A stretch of DNA of 59,869 nt, filler included, from Sphacelaria rigidula (taxonomy: Eukaryota), in the NCBI GenBank assembly GCA_964200075.2. It is 4 parts of 4 records of this genome, joined end to end, with 100 filler letters (N's around TTAATTAATTAA, not from the genome) between each part and the next. Parts side by side here need not be neighbours in the genome. Positions count along the whole stretch, not along the records: positions 44,980 to 59,869 come from CAXNAA020002003.1; 3 more parts are not named here. One strand, written 5' to 3'. Both the position numbers and the translations under genes were made by a program. Shown here one piece after another: positions 47,400 through 59,869 of this stretch. How positions within the stretch are numbered: position 1 is the first letter of the stretch; each line of letters starts with the position of its first letter. Below the pieces are notes generated by a model. It did not search any database. It saw only the letters and a program-made list of their open reading frames with translations, and had not been told where the DNA came from.

Positions 47400-50300
47400 T
47401 CACGTGTCAGCCATAAACGTTTCTACGTTTTTACGTCTGACCCAAGCCCACTTTACCCCACGTCCACCCCTATCAACGAGCTTCATGTCGCTATTGAAGC
47501 TGTGAAACGCTGGATTGCCCTTCTTGGTCTTGTATCCCGCAACCTCGAACCCCTTGATTGTATCCCTCAGTTGCTCATAAACGAACCCATCCACTGGGAG
47601 AGGATTCACCTGTGGGCAGACATTTCCCGGACCAGATTCACAGCAGTCGGAAAACAGCTCAGGTAGAATGCGTGGTACTCTACAGCAGAGCTTTCAATTG
47701 TTGCCACCCCGCGGAATGAGATAAAAACGCACCAAGCAGCGGCAGGTGTGTAGTACTCACTCCAAACGACAAACACCATAAGAGGGTCACACTTCTCCAC
47801 CTCTTTGTCCACCTGTGCGCAATGCTCTAGCGCGAATATCAGCACTGAGCTTCATGACCCCACGAGAGGGCACGGGTACACGTACACCGTAGAGACTGGC
47901 GGAAGGCGGCCTAAAAAATAGTTTTTCTCGCAGTGCTCTCCGCCTGGGAGCTTGTTGCCCTGTTGGCATACGGCGCCAACGCTTGAGGTACACGTAAAAA
48001 TCCATGTTTCTTCACCTTTCGAGCGGGATCCACATGGCTCAGCTGCCCTACATCACCATCGCCACTCATATCTTCTGGCGCGCTGCTCTTCACTTCCCTC
48101 GCCATGGCGCAGGTCCCCTCTTCGACAATTTTGGATACCACACCTCCCAATGTATCTCCGAAGACAGAATCAATTTGATCAGAAGAAACAGCCAAACCAG
48201 TACACACCTTGAGCGCGACGCTCCCAAGGACCAATCCCACCTTGACTGCCACCTTTGCTCTCTTCACCCAGGCCAACAGCTCCTTCACCTCGTATCCCTG
48301 CCCTCCAGGGCCGCACTCTACCAGGCTCATGTCATGGGCGCAAAGGAGAAACAGCCGCAATTTCCTGCTGATGATTCCCTGACCGACCGCCTTTCCACTG
48401 AGGCACCACTTGTGCAACCGAGCAGACCAGCTCGAGTAGTTTCTGTCGTCCTCAGAGAGAGCCTCTTCATGCGCCGGAAGTAGACACGCTAAGCGGGGCA
48501 CCGGCCACCGCAAACAGGCGATGTCAAATGCTACGTTTCGCAGCATGCCCCTCTCCGAGTCACCAAGCCCATCCATTTTCAACCCGTCGATCTTTGCCCC
48601 AACGTTGTTCAACAACGCGTCGACGTTTGCCTCCAGTCGCTGGTTAGCGTCCCTCTCCACGTCCAGACGTAATTCGTGCAATCTTCGCACGAGATTGGCA
48701 TCGATCCGATTGAGTAGCGCCGATTCCGACTCCCTTAGGCTCTCATCCGGCGGTTGCCAGGCGGCCATCATCGTGTCTAGTACCCTCTGCAGGTTCTGTG
48801 CATCGCGAAATATCATACAAAACCGGCAGAAAAAAAGCCGATGCTTCAGCTATATGGGTTATCTTAGGGATACGTCAAGATGAGCACAAAACCCGAGCCC
48901 TGATGGGAACAAGGTCACACATAGGAAAGCCTGTGCTGGAGGTAAACCCAAATCAGCGCACCAGCTTGCAACCTGCCCACATAGCCCTACTATGTATTTG
49001 TCTACTCAGTTATTCATCATCAACTGTTGTGGTATTTTGATTAAAGGACAACGTTCTATGCGTCGTTCATTTTTCCTCGTGCCGCCACTTTATTTGATTC
49101 AACACCAGCTAGCGTGTCATGGGGACGACATGCGTCTTCATGGGTAAACACGAGTCAGTACTTGGCGACATCTGCCAAACAGCCGATGGCGTCGAGGGCC
49201 TGCTTGTCAGTAGATATCCGGCTGCTGACCACGCAAAGATGTGGTTCAGCGATGATTGAAGACCAGTCTAACGCATTGCAACCGAAACACCTCTATAGCA
49301 ATATTTCTCCAAATGCTGCATCCACCTCTGCGATTGACGCTTGGCACACCTATGGAGAGTTTATATTTCGTCGCATTCGAAACGTCCTTGACGAAAGCCC
49401 AACCTAACGGTAAGGGTGACCATCTGTGGCTTAAACTAAACTGTCAACGAGATGTGAATCTGATGCTGCTTTTTAATGGGACTGCTTTTGGCTTTCAACA
49501 GACACAAGATTAACCACGCAACGTCAACTTGGACCCTTGATCAGGGAAAGTGCCGCCTGTTCAAGTACTATGACATCAACATTACAGGGTCGAGTCCAGC
49601 TACACTTCTCCGATTTGCTAGAAATTACAAATAGTCGGATGGCGGCTAACAGTTTCCCACTCATCAGCTGAATTTCTGGCAAGCGACTACTTGAACCACC
49701 TAGGTGTCTGGCGAGTCGGGGAAGTGGATCAGACTCCTCACGGCGACGTTGTTCAGGCCTTGTCTTCATCTAGATTGTTCAAAAACGGTCGATTACCCGA
49801 GTTCGTTCGTGTTTTGTTCCGGAACGAGCTGGGTCCACACAGAAAGACAAGGGAAGGAGCGAAAGGTAACTTGATCGAACACGCTACTACAGGACCTCAC
49901 TCACGTTGCACACAATTAATAATCATTCACGGGATGTCTCATGGGCCCACGCAAAATGTACAATTGCCTTTTTGAACAGGCGCTCGAGGCAGCATCTGTG
50001 GAGCACCTGGGCAAACGTGAATGTCTTTAACCGTAGCACTCATGAGCACCGGGAGCTAAAGTCTAGTTGACGGAAATCGCTTCCGTGGGGAATGAGAAAG
50101 GCCGAAACCAGAGTATCTACTCACCACACGTATTTTTTTACTGGGTCATGACTACAGAAAATATTGGTTCTCATTCGGTTCCTGAGATGGAACCGAAAAA
50201 AGGCATCGTGATCAGTTAACCATGAGCGACATGTTGTCGTGGCGTTGGTGTGATGTGATGTGCACCCTGGCTTCAGGTTCCTACCTGCACCGTTTAGTCG

Positions 50301-53300
50301 CTACGAAACCGTCGAAATCCCGGGTCCACTCGTTCTCCTGCTAGTTCGTTATCGTTAAACCACCAGAAGGGTCGCAACCGTTCAAGTGGTTTGGAAATGG
50401 CGACTGTCACCATATACGATCAATGGCAGTAACAAATGTTTGGGGCTCACCAACCACAAGTCCACCATGATACTCATTAATTTGTTTTATTTGTCATCGA
50501 GAAACTGGGTGTAATGCCTGGGAGGACCGCGTGCTTAGAGGATCAAATCGTAGTTCAAAACACCTCAGAGCCGACGTTTTCCAAAACCAATCGGGCCAGT
50601 CCCTGCAGGGACCACGCCCCCGACCCTAACCCCAACACTTATCCTCATCCTAACCCTAACCATTTGGGTGTTTGAATTCCGATGCGGTCCCCTGAGCACG
50701 CAGTCCTCCCACGTACTACACTGGGGACCAAGACACCCATAACACAACGGTTGGCCACTCCACAGACATGTCAAGCTATAGTACAAACTCTACTGTGACT
50801 TCACTGAGCCCCCCCCCCCCTCCCCGTCCGAGGCCGTGAGTTGAACCCTGATTGGTCTCGGTACATTCGTAGGTGCCCCTCATGCTACAGGGGGGCATTG
50901 TCAAACGTGTCAGAACGTGGATATCACGAAGAACTGAAAACAAAACACCACAAGAGTAGACATGAGTAGTCGGCTTCGACTCGGCTTTTCAGGAGCCGAC
51001 CAACGAGCAACAATATGGCACGGTGCCCTGCGGCTGACCTTGTTTATCCAGCTTTGGAGTTGCTCTTGGAGCCCGTCGAAAGTGTCCTGCCAAGCATCGT
51101 CCCCCTTCGTGATATTCGGGTCACTCGGCGAAACGAACCGGAGGCCTCTGTACTGGTCGTGCAGAAATTGTCGTAACGCGTCCTTCGCACGGATCGCGGG
51201 GTCCGAAACCGCCCGCGCGTCTTCCCCCGCCACAATGATCTCGATCCTCGTCGGCAGAGCTTCGGTGGGCTCATGCAGACAGATCAAATAAGCAATGCCT
51301 CCCATTATGAATGACGCTCCCTTGTTCCAGCAAGCTGGGAAAAATATGTTGTTGCCTCGGAAAAACCACCCAACGAATTGGGCGATGATGCCTGGTGGTA
51401 CGTACTTCGCCAGAATCTCAAAGGTGAACTGCATCCTAACTCCAGTAGAGATGACCTTCTCCAGCTCGGAAAGAGTGTCCTCCGCCACTGCAAAAGGTAA
51501 CCGCGCTGGTACCACGAACTCTGTGTGTTCTTCTCCTTTTGGCCCGCACGGAAACATAGCACCGTAGGTTGACATGGTATCCATCACGCGCCCAAGCACC
51601 GTTTCGTCGAGACCAGGCACATCTCGCCACAGGAATCTGAGGTAGTCTTTCGACAGTCGACCGGTTTTGAGGAAGCATCGGTGGCTGTCTACTAGCTCGT
51701 CAAAATGGAGTGTAGATCTACGGCAGTACTCGTCCACCTCACAGCGCCACTGCTCTGTCTGTTCGACCTCAGTCAGGCGGTGGTCTAAGAGTTCTCGAAG
51801 TAGCAGATTCATCCACGAAGGGTCCAAGTGCACAAGGCCGCAAGCAAACAGCAAGGTGCCTCCCGTTTGCCTCATGTTGAGCGCATCCTGTTCGCGTGCG
51901 GGAATGTGAACAAACAATGGGCTTAGCATAAATGACGACAATGGTGTAGGAACGAGATGCCGGGGATGTCCATGGCGTAAGAGCAGAATCGCAATATGAA
52001 ACGTAAGAGGATACAAGGTGTCTTGAGTGATGTTATACTACGAGCTGGGCCAACCGAGGAGCGGATCTATAGTTCACAGGCCAATTCTAAGTTTGAGAGT
52101 TGGACTTTCAAAATTGGTATGAGGAGTCAGCAGGGCATAATACTAAATAAGCCTTGGAACGTTGGGATTTGTTCTTCACCATGAATTAAGGGCAAAAATC
52201 ACGTTACAGAGTACTTCCAAATCTTGTATGAAGAATCAACAGGGCAAGCAACAAAGGAGCATCCCCCATCCCCCTTCCCCCTCTCCGTCGCCAATCGCAG
52301 GATCAGCCCCAGCTTATACATGGAAAACCTGTCGGCGGCATAGACGAGACTGGCAACCGACGTGCACAGACACTATACAACCTGATGGTGGAGCCTCGGT
52401 GGTAGCCAGCAGGGTAAAAATGAATGCCGATACTTGTACCTGATTCAACCACGTGTGTGACAATACCAGGTACCTGACAGACTCCGACGATATGATGTTC
52501 CGATGTGATGCCTACATCACTCACCACGAGAACGCGCTTTTCGTACGGCGAACTTTCTCCCGCGGTATTTACTTTGCCCAGGGAGCGAAAGCGTCCCGAA
52601 ACCTTCTTCAGGGTCTTCCTCAACACCTTTTTCAGGGTGAAACGCTCGCCCTTTCGCTCTTCGAGTTCCGCCCCGAGGTCAAGCTTCCGTACCACGGTCA
52701 ACCATGTCTCCAGTGCAAACTCGATAGTAATGAAGTTGTGTTTTGCACACGCGTCAAGGGGCTTGACAGGTTGGTCGTACGATTGTACCGCGACGGCGGG
52801 CTCTCCACCCTCATGCAAGGCCGCCGCCATAGCCCACACCCTGCGCCACGACACCGGGAGTTTTTGGCCGATATTGGGGAAGAGGCGTTGGCCGTCCTCA
52901 GCAAGGCCACTATCCCCAGCTAGTTTGCAAATCTCATCTCGCAGACGGTCGAGACCTTCCTCGCTACAACCAGAGGCCTCGACGACACCGCATACGGTGA
53001 GGAACGGGGCTATCTGCACAGTAGGGTCGAGACGCTGTTCGGTAGTGCGTCCCGCCGCCGTTTCAGTATCCCACTCGCCGCGCTTAAGCTCCAAGTGCGT
53101 GTAAACTTCCTTCTCCAAGGTGGTTAGAGCTGCCGCAACTTGCTCACCGTCCTCGCCGAAGCCGTCCGCATGTGTTGCGACGACTAGGACTGCGCACCCA
53201 GGCACCCGGCACAATAAAACGTCCAGCCAGTGGTACACTGCTTCCCCTCGATGAGAAACGTCGTTCTGGAACTTGAGCAGGTCCACGACAAGAAGCTGCA

Positions 53301-56300
53301 GAGCTCCGCTGGTCAGAAATATCTGGTTTTGCATTGAAAATACACCATGATTTCGCGTGAACGTAAGGAGTACGTCAATATAGCTTCCAGAAGCGCAGAA
53401 TCCATACGAGCTGGGCCAGTTGAGACTAATTATCGGATGTTTTCGGGTCAGGCGGTGCTGAATATGAGGAGGTAGGCGCTGATATTATGACAGGGCATTT
53501 TTAATCATCAACACGCGCAAGAATTCTTGGGATGCTGAGGGAAAAAAGAAAAACAGAACGTTAGAGCGATTTGAGATATTAGCAAAACTGGAACAATGTC
53601 ATGACTCCGTGAAATAAAAAAAACGGCGGCATCCCCAGAAATGTAGTACGTACTCGCGTGCAGGGGATCCTGGTACAGTTTCGGCCAGAAGCTCCCAAAT
53701 TTGGGCCAAGCCTGGCACGTTTTGTGTGACACCGCTGCGCCCCTGTAACCCAAGAGATACAGGAGACTTCAGTTATAAAGGTCAGGAGTTCGAACCCAGA
53801 CACATCCTCTCTATCTTTGCACCAGACCGTCGTTAAGGTCATATATTATGCAGTACATTATTTCATCTTCATCTCCAACAACAGAGCGTGCAAGACCAGG
53901 TTGGTCTGCACTTCACAGCGACATGCTCCAATCGGACTGATTCGGGAAGCCGGAGAAGTTGTTGTGTGATGTGCGTTTGTACGTTTTACGGGTGTCCCAG
54001 CTCATAGTGCTCCCGCCCGTTGTTACCCCCGGAACATCTAAACGGGCAATCCACGCAATCTTAGGCGGGCGGTGTACCTTCCTCAAGAAACAGCCACCGA
54101 CCCTGTGGATGACGCCGACAAGAGAGAGTTTCGGAAAAAAAAATAAAAAACTGTATTATGGAGTCAGAGCGGAAGGGAAACAAGCCCGTAGCCGCATACG
54201 TTTTACTCTGAAAAAGATGTGGAGTCAACTTTTCGGCGTGAGAGTCCCAGTGGTATTTCGTTTCGATTATATGAAGGCTTTTCCTAGAAATGAGTTACAT
54301 CAATTATTCACGTTCCAGTCGCAAGAGTCACACTCGGCAATGTCAACTGCACTGGGTTCAGACAGCAGAAGTCATCGTGGCAAAGGGGGTGACGACAATC
54401 AGCACGGACAGCTGGCTGAGCAGGCGTGCCAGTAAGGGGGAGAAAGCAGCACCACGCAGGAGAAACGTCACTGCGCATATCGCAAGCGGTTGCAAGTGAA
54501 ATCGGGGCTTTGCTCAGTAGTACAGGACGAATTTAGCATTGCGTTCTGGTACATGCAACCCCCGCCCTGAGTGTGCATACCATGTGCATATCATTACAAT
54601 GTGGTACTGTTCCTGACTGTGTGTGAAGACTGCGAACTATCCACACACAGGCGCCTTTGGCAAAGGCTCTGTCAGGGTCGTTTATCGCATTACCTCTTTA
54701 GCGTCACAACTTCCCCGTGAATTACACGCAGATGAGCGTGGTACCTCCGTCAAGTATGCGTTCACCCTAGATGGCGCACGCAGAACTGTACATTCGCGGC
54801 CATTCGGCTAGCTTCGAAACCCCTCGAGTGGATTTTCCAAATGTCTCCATACATGCCATCCGTGTTGAAACTCCCAACCAGAGGATCTTAGGCAGTCGCA
54901 ATTTTCTAGATGGTGTTCAACATCGGGGTCTCCCCCGAGGGTTTTTATCAACATCGCAACCCTCCGGATTGTTTGTGAACTCACTCGTGCTGTGGAAATC
55001 TCATACTTGTTACAGCATATATGAGATTTGTACAGCAGAGGCTGTTCGAAATAAATCCTCGCTTTGCCCGGTTTCTAGATTGAGAAATTGAGAATGAAAG
55101 ATTTTTTCCAAATAGCCTCCGCTGTTCATATCCCATATATTGGCAAAATACAGTAAACGGTATATGGGATTTGTACCTAACAATGTTCGAGAAAAATCCT
55201 CGTTTTTCCCAATTCATACAATTGAGCACAACGAGGATTTATTCCGAACAGCCTCTGCTGTACAAATCCCATATACTGCGTTGATGTCAGTGAAAGAGAT
55301 TCAAACATCAGAACATGTTCAAAAGCCCCCGTCTTGCCCGCCAATTCATATCAATTGGGCAAAATGATCATTTTGAACATTCTGCCGCACAAATCTAAAA
55401 TACTCTCTGTCAGTGTATGTACACACGGCCGTGCTACGACCGTCGTTGATAGCTGAGTTATGGAATGCGCTTTATTTATATATATATATATATATATACC
55501 TGATATAAACAACGTGGTGCAGAGTTGTGCACAAAAAAAGGAAGTTGGATCAAACAAGGACCATCGAATGGTCCTGTTTGCGGTTTGTATTTTGATAGGG
55601 ATGTGAATCAGTAGAAGACGGTATGGTGGTGTACTGGACCGAACAATACCGTGCATGATAGCACCGTACCGTGCAGGAATATGCCGTGCCGTACTGCAGA
55701 GTACGCGGTATGCGATACGTACCGCTATAATCTACATGCCTGTAAGTTGCGATACACGCCTTGCCAACGGTGCGACCCAAAGTGTGCGTGTGTCGGTGTT
55801 TCGTACAGTGGGATGCGAAAGAGAAGGGGACAACGTGCAGTACAGACAGCACAGGACTATCTGTACTCTCTGCTTACGTTCTGACGTGAAAAGGTCTTGA
55901 ACAACGCACAGCTTGGTACTGCCTGCATTATCCATGAGTGTGTAAACCAGCCCGTCATCCACCCTACCACGCAGTTCCGCCGCCGACCGTCACGATCAAA
56001 GAAGATGCTCACGTTTTCGCTCACAAAAAAATAACACATCATACCCAACTACAACAGTGTATCTATCCCTGCGCCCAACTCGTGCTCTATGCTGCAGGGT
56101 TGCGACGGTAGCTGGTAATATGTTGTGTGGAGTTTGCATGGTTCTGTGAACCACGGGTGGTATCCGCGTGGTGGTCTACTGTAAGATTGCTGGAGTCACA
56201 AAAGTGTCCTGGGGGCCATTGGGACAGAAGTGTCCTCCACAGGCTTGATCTAGGGCAAATTTCAGAGACGATCTTACAAACTCGAGCGGATTACGTTTCC

Positions 56301-59201
56301 ATTTTATTCCAGAGACACCCTCAATAAAATCACGTGCTTAAGGGGGTCATGTGTCCTCTAGCGGCGTCGTGTCCACTCCGGAGGCATTATGACCAACTAG
56401 AAGGCATTTTATCCTCCAGAGAGCCAGTGTGCCCTCCACAGGAAAGAAACGCGAAAGTGGGATTTCGAAGAGGAGCCGATTGACCGCGTGTGTAAGGTCG
56501 CCTCCTTTGTTTGAATGACTGTCTATACCTTCGGCAATGCCAAACAACTGAATGACTATATAGAAACATCTACCAGACCACACTTCGTCAGGGCTGCCAG
56601 ACCATCAACTCTGCCTGCGCGGAAGTTGTGGTACTGTCAGTAGGGGGAAGTTGTCCCCTTGCCACGTACGCCGGTGAGGGTCCTTGCCAAATCGCACTGT
56701 GCGCGCGGCAGGAGCTCAATCTACAACTGTCAAGCGAGTTGGAATGGGGACATTCGGGCCCAAACCTTCAGATATATAACGGAGCCTGAACGATGCTTGT
56801 TAGCTGCGCTTCTCCGAGTGTTCATCCATAACCGGGCGAAGATTCATGATAAGGCTGCCAAGATCTGGGGTTACACGCGTGCCCGATTTTGATGTTGTGC
56901 CCGCTGCACTATCATCAGACAGCAATTGTTGAATTTAACAACAATCGGCGTCGGTGGTATCCACCGTTTGTTTCAATGCACGCCGCACCCTCAGCTGCTT
57001 GCGCACTGAACCTGTGGCTGTGACACACTGCTGTGGAATATCAGCCAATACATCGTACAAGTTTTGCCTCATCACACACGAGGTGCGTCTTGTCTCGACG
57101 CCTAACCGTTCAAAATATCGCCTCCATATTATCGCGAAAAGGAGTCCGGTCCTGTTTTGAGCATTCCACCCTGAAACCCGATGTGTCATTTCAGCCTTCA
57201 CAACATAGTGAAGACGATTCACCACCCCCACCCCCACTGTCACAGCCGGTTCACAATCAATACACCCTCATAAGCACAGCGGAACATCCATCACAACTCT
57301 CATGCTCATGACAACGAAACAGTCACGAAGTAGCAACGCTTGGCATCGCGAACAGAGGGTCTCGGTGCCGCCACCGTGGTATCAGCATTCGCTTGGCGCT
57401 CGGTTGTGCGTGAAATTCGAATGCTCGGCGCGTACAAGACGTCGCGTTGGGTACAGCTCCTCATTCTTGCCAACCTCAGCTGGAAGAAGACAGCGTGAAC
57501 GATTCGTAATCTACAGCGAACAAGCAGTGTTGCACCTGGCTTCATTGCCCTTCCGGTAGAGGTCAAGACTTACTGCACCACCGTTATGGGTGGAATATTG
57601 CAAAATCATTACAACGCGGCTTTGCTCTCCGGAAGTGCTGCCGCACTGTCTCTACGAACTCGCTGTACCTCAACATACCGCAATGTATTGTAGGGTCTGC
57701 GTTGCACTGTACTGCACGATCTGTACTGTCTACTGCACAGCACTACGGTGCCCTGTACTGCACCGTAGTGCAGTGAAGCGTAGTGTACAGTCCGGTACGG
57801 TGCGGTGCCACAGAGTGCGGTGCAACACAGAGTCGCTACTGCAGTGCAGTGCAGTGCTGATCTATGCATCTTCGAACCGAACGCTGGTCGATCGCAGATT
57901 TGGCAGGGCATCAACCTGCGGCCAATCGCTGCGACTTAAAAATCCCCGTCAAGCTACGTCACATCAGCTTCCGTCCTTACTTTTACAGCGTCCACACCGA
58001 AGATTTGATGAGCTTCCACTCTGGAGTATTTTCACTCTGATTCTGAACTGAGTTTTGATTTTTCCCGAAAATCTCTAGTTCGACAAAAAACATGTGCATA
58101 CCAATGGTGTGCTCTGATGCAATATTCAACGTCCACTACACAATGTATGTATACGTTTTCTGTTGTCGTCCCATCTATTCTGGACGTCGGTCTACATCTT
58201 TCTATTCTGGACGTCGGTCTACACCTTTCGGTATATGTGGGCGCACCAGCCGGGGTCACACAGGAGGAAGGTCAGCAAAAATGGTTCTTCTTTCTTGTTT
58301 GTTTTTAGTATTCCACCTTCCTTCTGCGGTGCTTGCCTTTTTTTTTTTAACGCGAGAGGGGTTCAGCAGTTCCCTTCCCTCGTCGACCGTTGAGTCAATT
58401 TTTGTGTACCCACGACATAGTCGCTTTCCACTGTTGGGCATATTGTGAAAAAAAATCCCAGATCGCTCCGAGATTTGAATCCATGACCCAACCGTGAGAA
58501 GGCTTCGAGGTTACCAACTAAGCTACCGGGGCGACTGGCTTAGCATGTATGCAATGCAAAATACCCCGATAATAAGAAGAGCACCTGTGATTCCAGGCGA
58601 CTGACTCTAGAAAAAAGCAAAATAAGCAACAACATGTACTTTGACGACTCGTCTAATTGCCTGCACCCACAGCAATTTAGCGAATGACCAAATCCTGGAA
58701 CCTTCGTGACATACCGCAACTCCACGACGTCAAAAGGCGTTCAATACCAACAAAGACTGCAACTACTCGACGAATCGCAAAAACCCAACACAAATACAAG
58801 CAACCTGGCCGCTTTCACCTGGTGCGTTGAGTAGTACTCCGCATGTCCTGCAAAGTCCCACATCAGCACCTCAAGCGGTTGAGTAGGGTTTGGCCTCCAC
58901 GGCTCGATGTGAACATCTACACCCCGAGTGCGCTCGCTCTCCGCCGTCGGAGTCGGCTTGCCCTTCCGTAGACCCCTTGCCAAAGTCGTCTTCCCGGCGC
59001 ATACCGCACCCACCAGCACCATCTTCAACTCGTGAACGGTGGTCGCCCCCGAGCGTGCCAGCGCCTCGTAGTAGCTGACGATTTGTTCCCATCCGTCGTC
59101 GACAACTTCAGATGGCGGTTCGACCCAAGGATTGCTGAATAGAGGTACTTCCGCGAGGTCAGGTATCAGAGCAAACCCCTCCGCGGTAGCCCTGGGAATA
59201 C
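47400..59201 (-). CDS. ROCO-family LRR-GTPase (Roc-COR plus C-terminal domain, no kinase); N-terminal LRR exons lie outside this scaffold
   Basis: Phase-consistent exons 59201-58819, 53322-52525, 51887-51039, 48795-48016 and 47609-47400 (stop TGA). Motifs: LRR cap NPWVEPPSEVV; P-loop LKMVLVGAVCAGKTTL; switch I ERTRGVDV; WDFAGHAEYYSTHQ|IFLT; G4 VATHAD; COR motifs VHLDPSW, FVVPARLP, PPGIIAQF and CWNKG. Confidence 0.93.
53406..53805 (+). repeat. Dispersed ~400-bp repeat (second copy) in a ROCO intron
   Basis: Colinear with 44190-44590. A third, weaker copy starts TACGAGCTGGGCCA at about 52039. Confidence 0.75.
55013..55278. mobile_element. Tandem pair of ~125-bp MITEs in a ROCO intron
   Basis: The outer ~47-bp inverted repeat CAG..TATATG(A/G)GATTTGTACAGCAGAGGCTGTTCG.AATAAATCCTCG pairs with 55232-55278. 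Decayed internal ends lie at about 55115-55142 and 55158-55202. TA precedes the left end. Confidence 0.75.
58162..58535 (-). mobile_element. tRNA-derived SINE, near full length, in a ROCO intron
   Basis: The minus strand begins GTCGCCCCGGTAGCTTAGTTGGTAACCTCGAA...GGATTCAAATCTC and the body matches 29231-29590. The 3' motif GTAGACCGACGTCCAGAATAGA is tandemly duplicated. Confidence 0.85.
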
Positions 59202-59772
59202 CTGTACGCGTTCACACGAAAGTCAGAGGACATATAACATGCACAGAGCCTTTACCAGAGTGAATCACATGCACCCATGAGGACTGATCGGTAGCAATAG
59301 CGATGGTCCCGGCAGTAACCGTTGAAATCGTCTGCCGTACACTCTAACCAAACGCGCGATTTGCAACATATCGATCTTCGCACACACATCGATCCTTCAA
59401 ATGAGTGACGAATGTCACCCACAAGGTCACGGACCCCTTCGAGCGTCATTCTTTCCGTCAGACATTGGTCACACAAGATTGTCGTGAACAAACGGCGATT
59501 GCTTCTTCTCTGTATCTTCACTATCTGCCCCCGAGGTGCGGTGAGGGCTATACATGAATCACTCCAACCGTCAAAATACGAGAAGTAGAAAGGCCATGAT
59601 AGTATCCGCCTCCCGGCAGCACGTCTACTTAGGTATAGTGATGATCAAGGAGGAGCGCTACGATAGGGGGTAGGAGATGATGTGTGGCCGAAACCAATTA
59701 GTGTTAAGTTCAGGGGCGCACGAAAAACAATCTCGCACACCTACGTACCCTTTTGGGGGGGTTTATACACCC

Positions 59773-59869
59773 CCGTTCCCCGTCCTCCGACGAAGGTCAT
59801 GACCGGTCTTGTCAGTACAGGGTGGGGAGGGTCTTTTCGGCGGGTTTAGGGCCGGAATCACCTTCAAGG
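59773..59869. repeat. Dispersed repeat at the scaffold end (same family as 10349-10445)
   Basis: Direct alignment over about 95 bp. The scaffold ends inside it. Confidence 0.7.

Noticed and set aside
53325-58816. Search for spare or inverted 72-nt LRR exons in the large ROCO intron and at 59202-59869
   Set aside because: No LxxLxLxxNxLxGxIP-type segment was seen on either strand by eye.

Overview
Eukaryotic, intron-rich and repeat-rich genomic DNA, most likely from a brown alga (Phaeophyceae). That assignment is an inference from the gene structure, the Ectocarpus-type ROCO gene and the LINE. The window is not one locus. It is four unlinked, length-sorted scaffolds (1-14894, 14995-29888, 29989-44879, 44980-59869; 14894, 14894, 14891 and 14890 bp) joined by artificial N44-TTAATTAATTAA-N44 spacers. 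Each scaffold carries one partial spliced gene. Scaffold 1 has a minus-strand SV2/SVOP-like MFS transporter whose TM7 is built from two consecutive 15-nt microexons. Scaffold 2 has a plus-strand Ser/Gly/Arg-rich gene of unknown function. Scaffold 3 has the 3' part of a C2CD3-like centriolar C2-domain gene with about four IQ motifs. Scaffold 4 has the Roc-COR and C-terminal part of a kinase-less ROCO (LRR-GTPase) gene. Introns and intergenic DNA hold a LINE remnant, three copies of a tRNA-derived SINE, and non-autonomous DNA elements resembling hAT (nested), Stowaway, Tourist and piggyBac. There is also an unusual 2.16-kb segment bounded by 80-bp TG...CA palindromes with a 5-bp flanking duplication. 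All coordinates were derived by eye and no database search was run.
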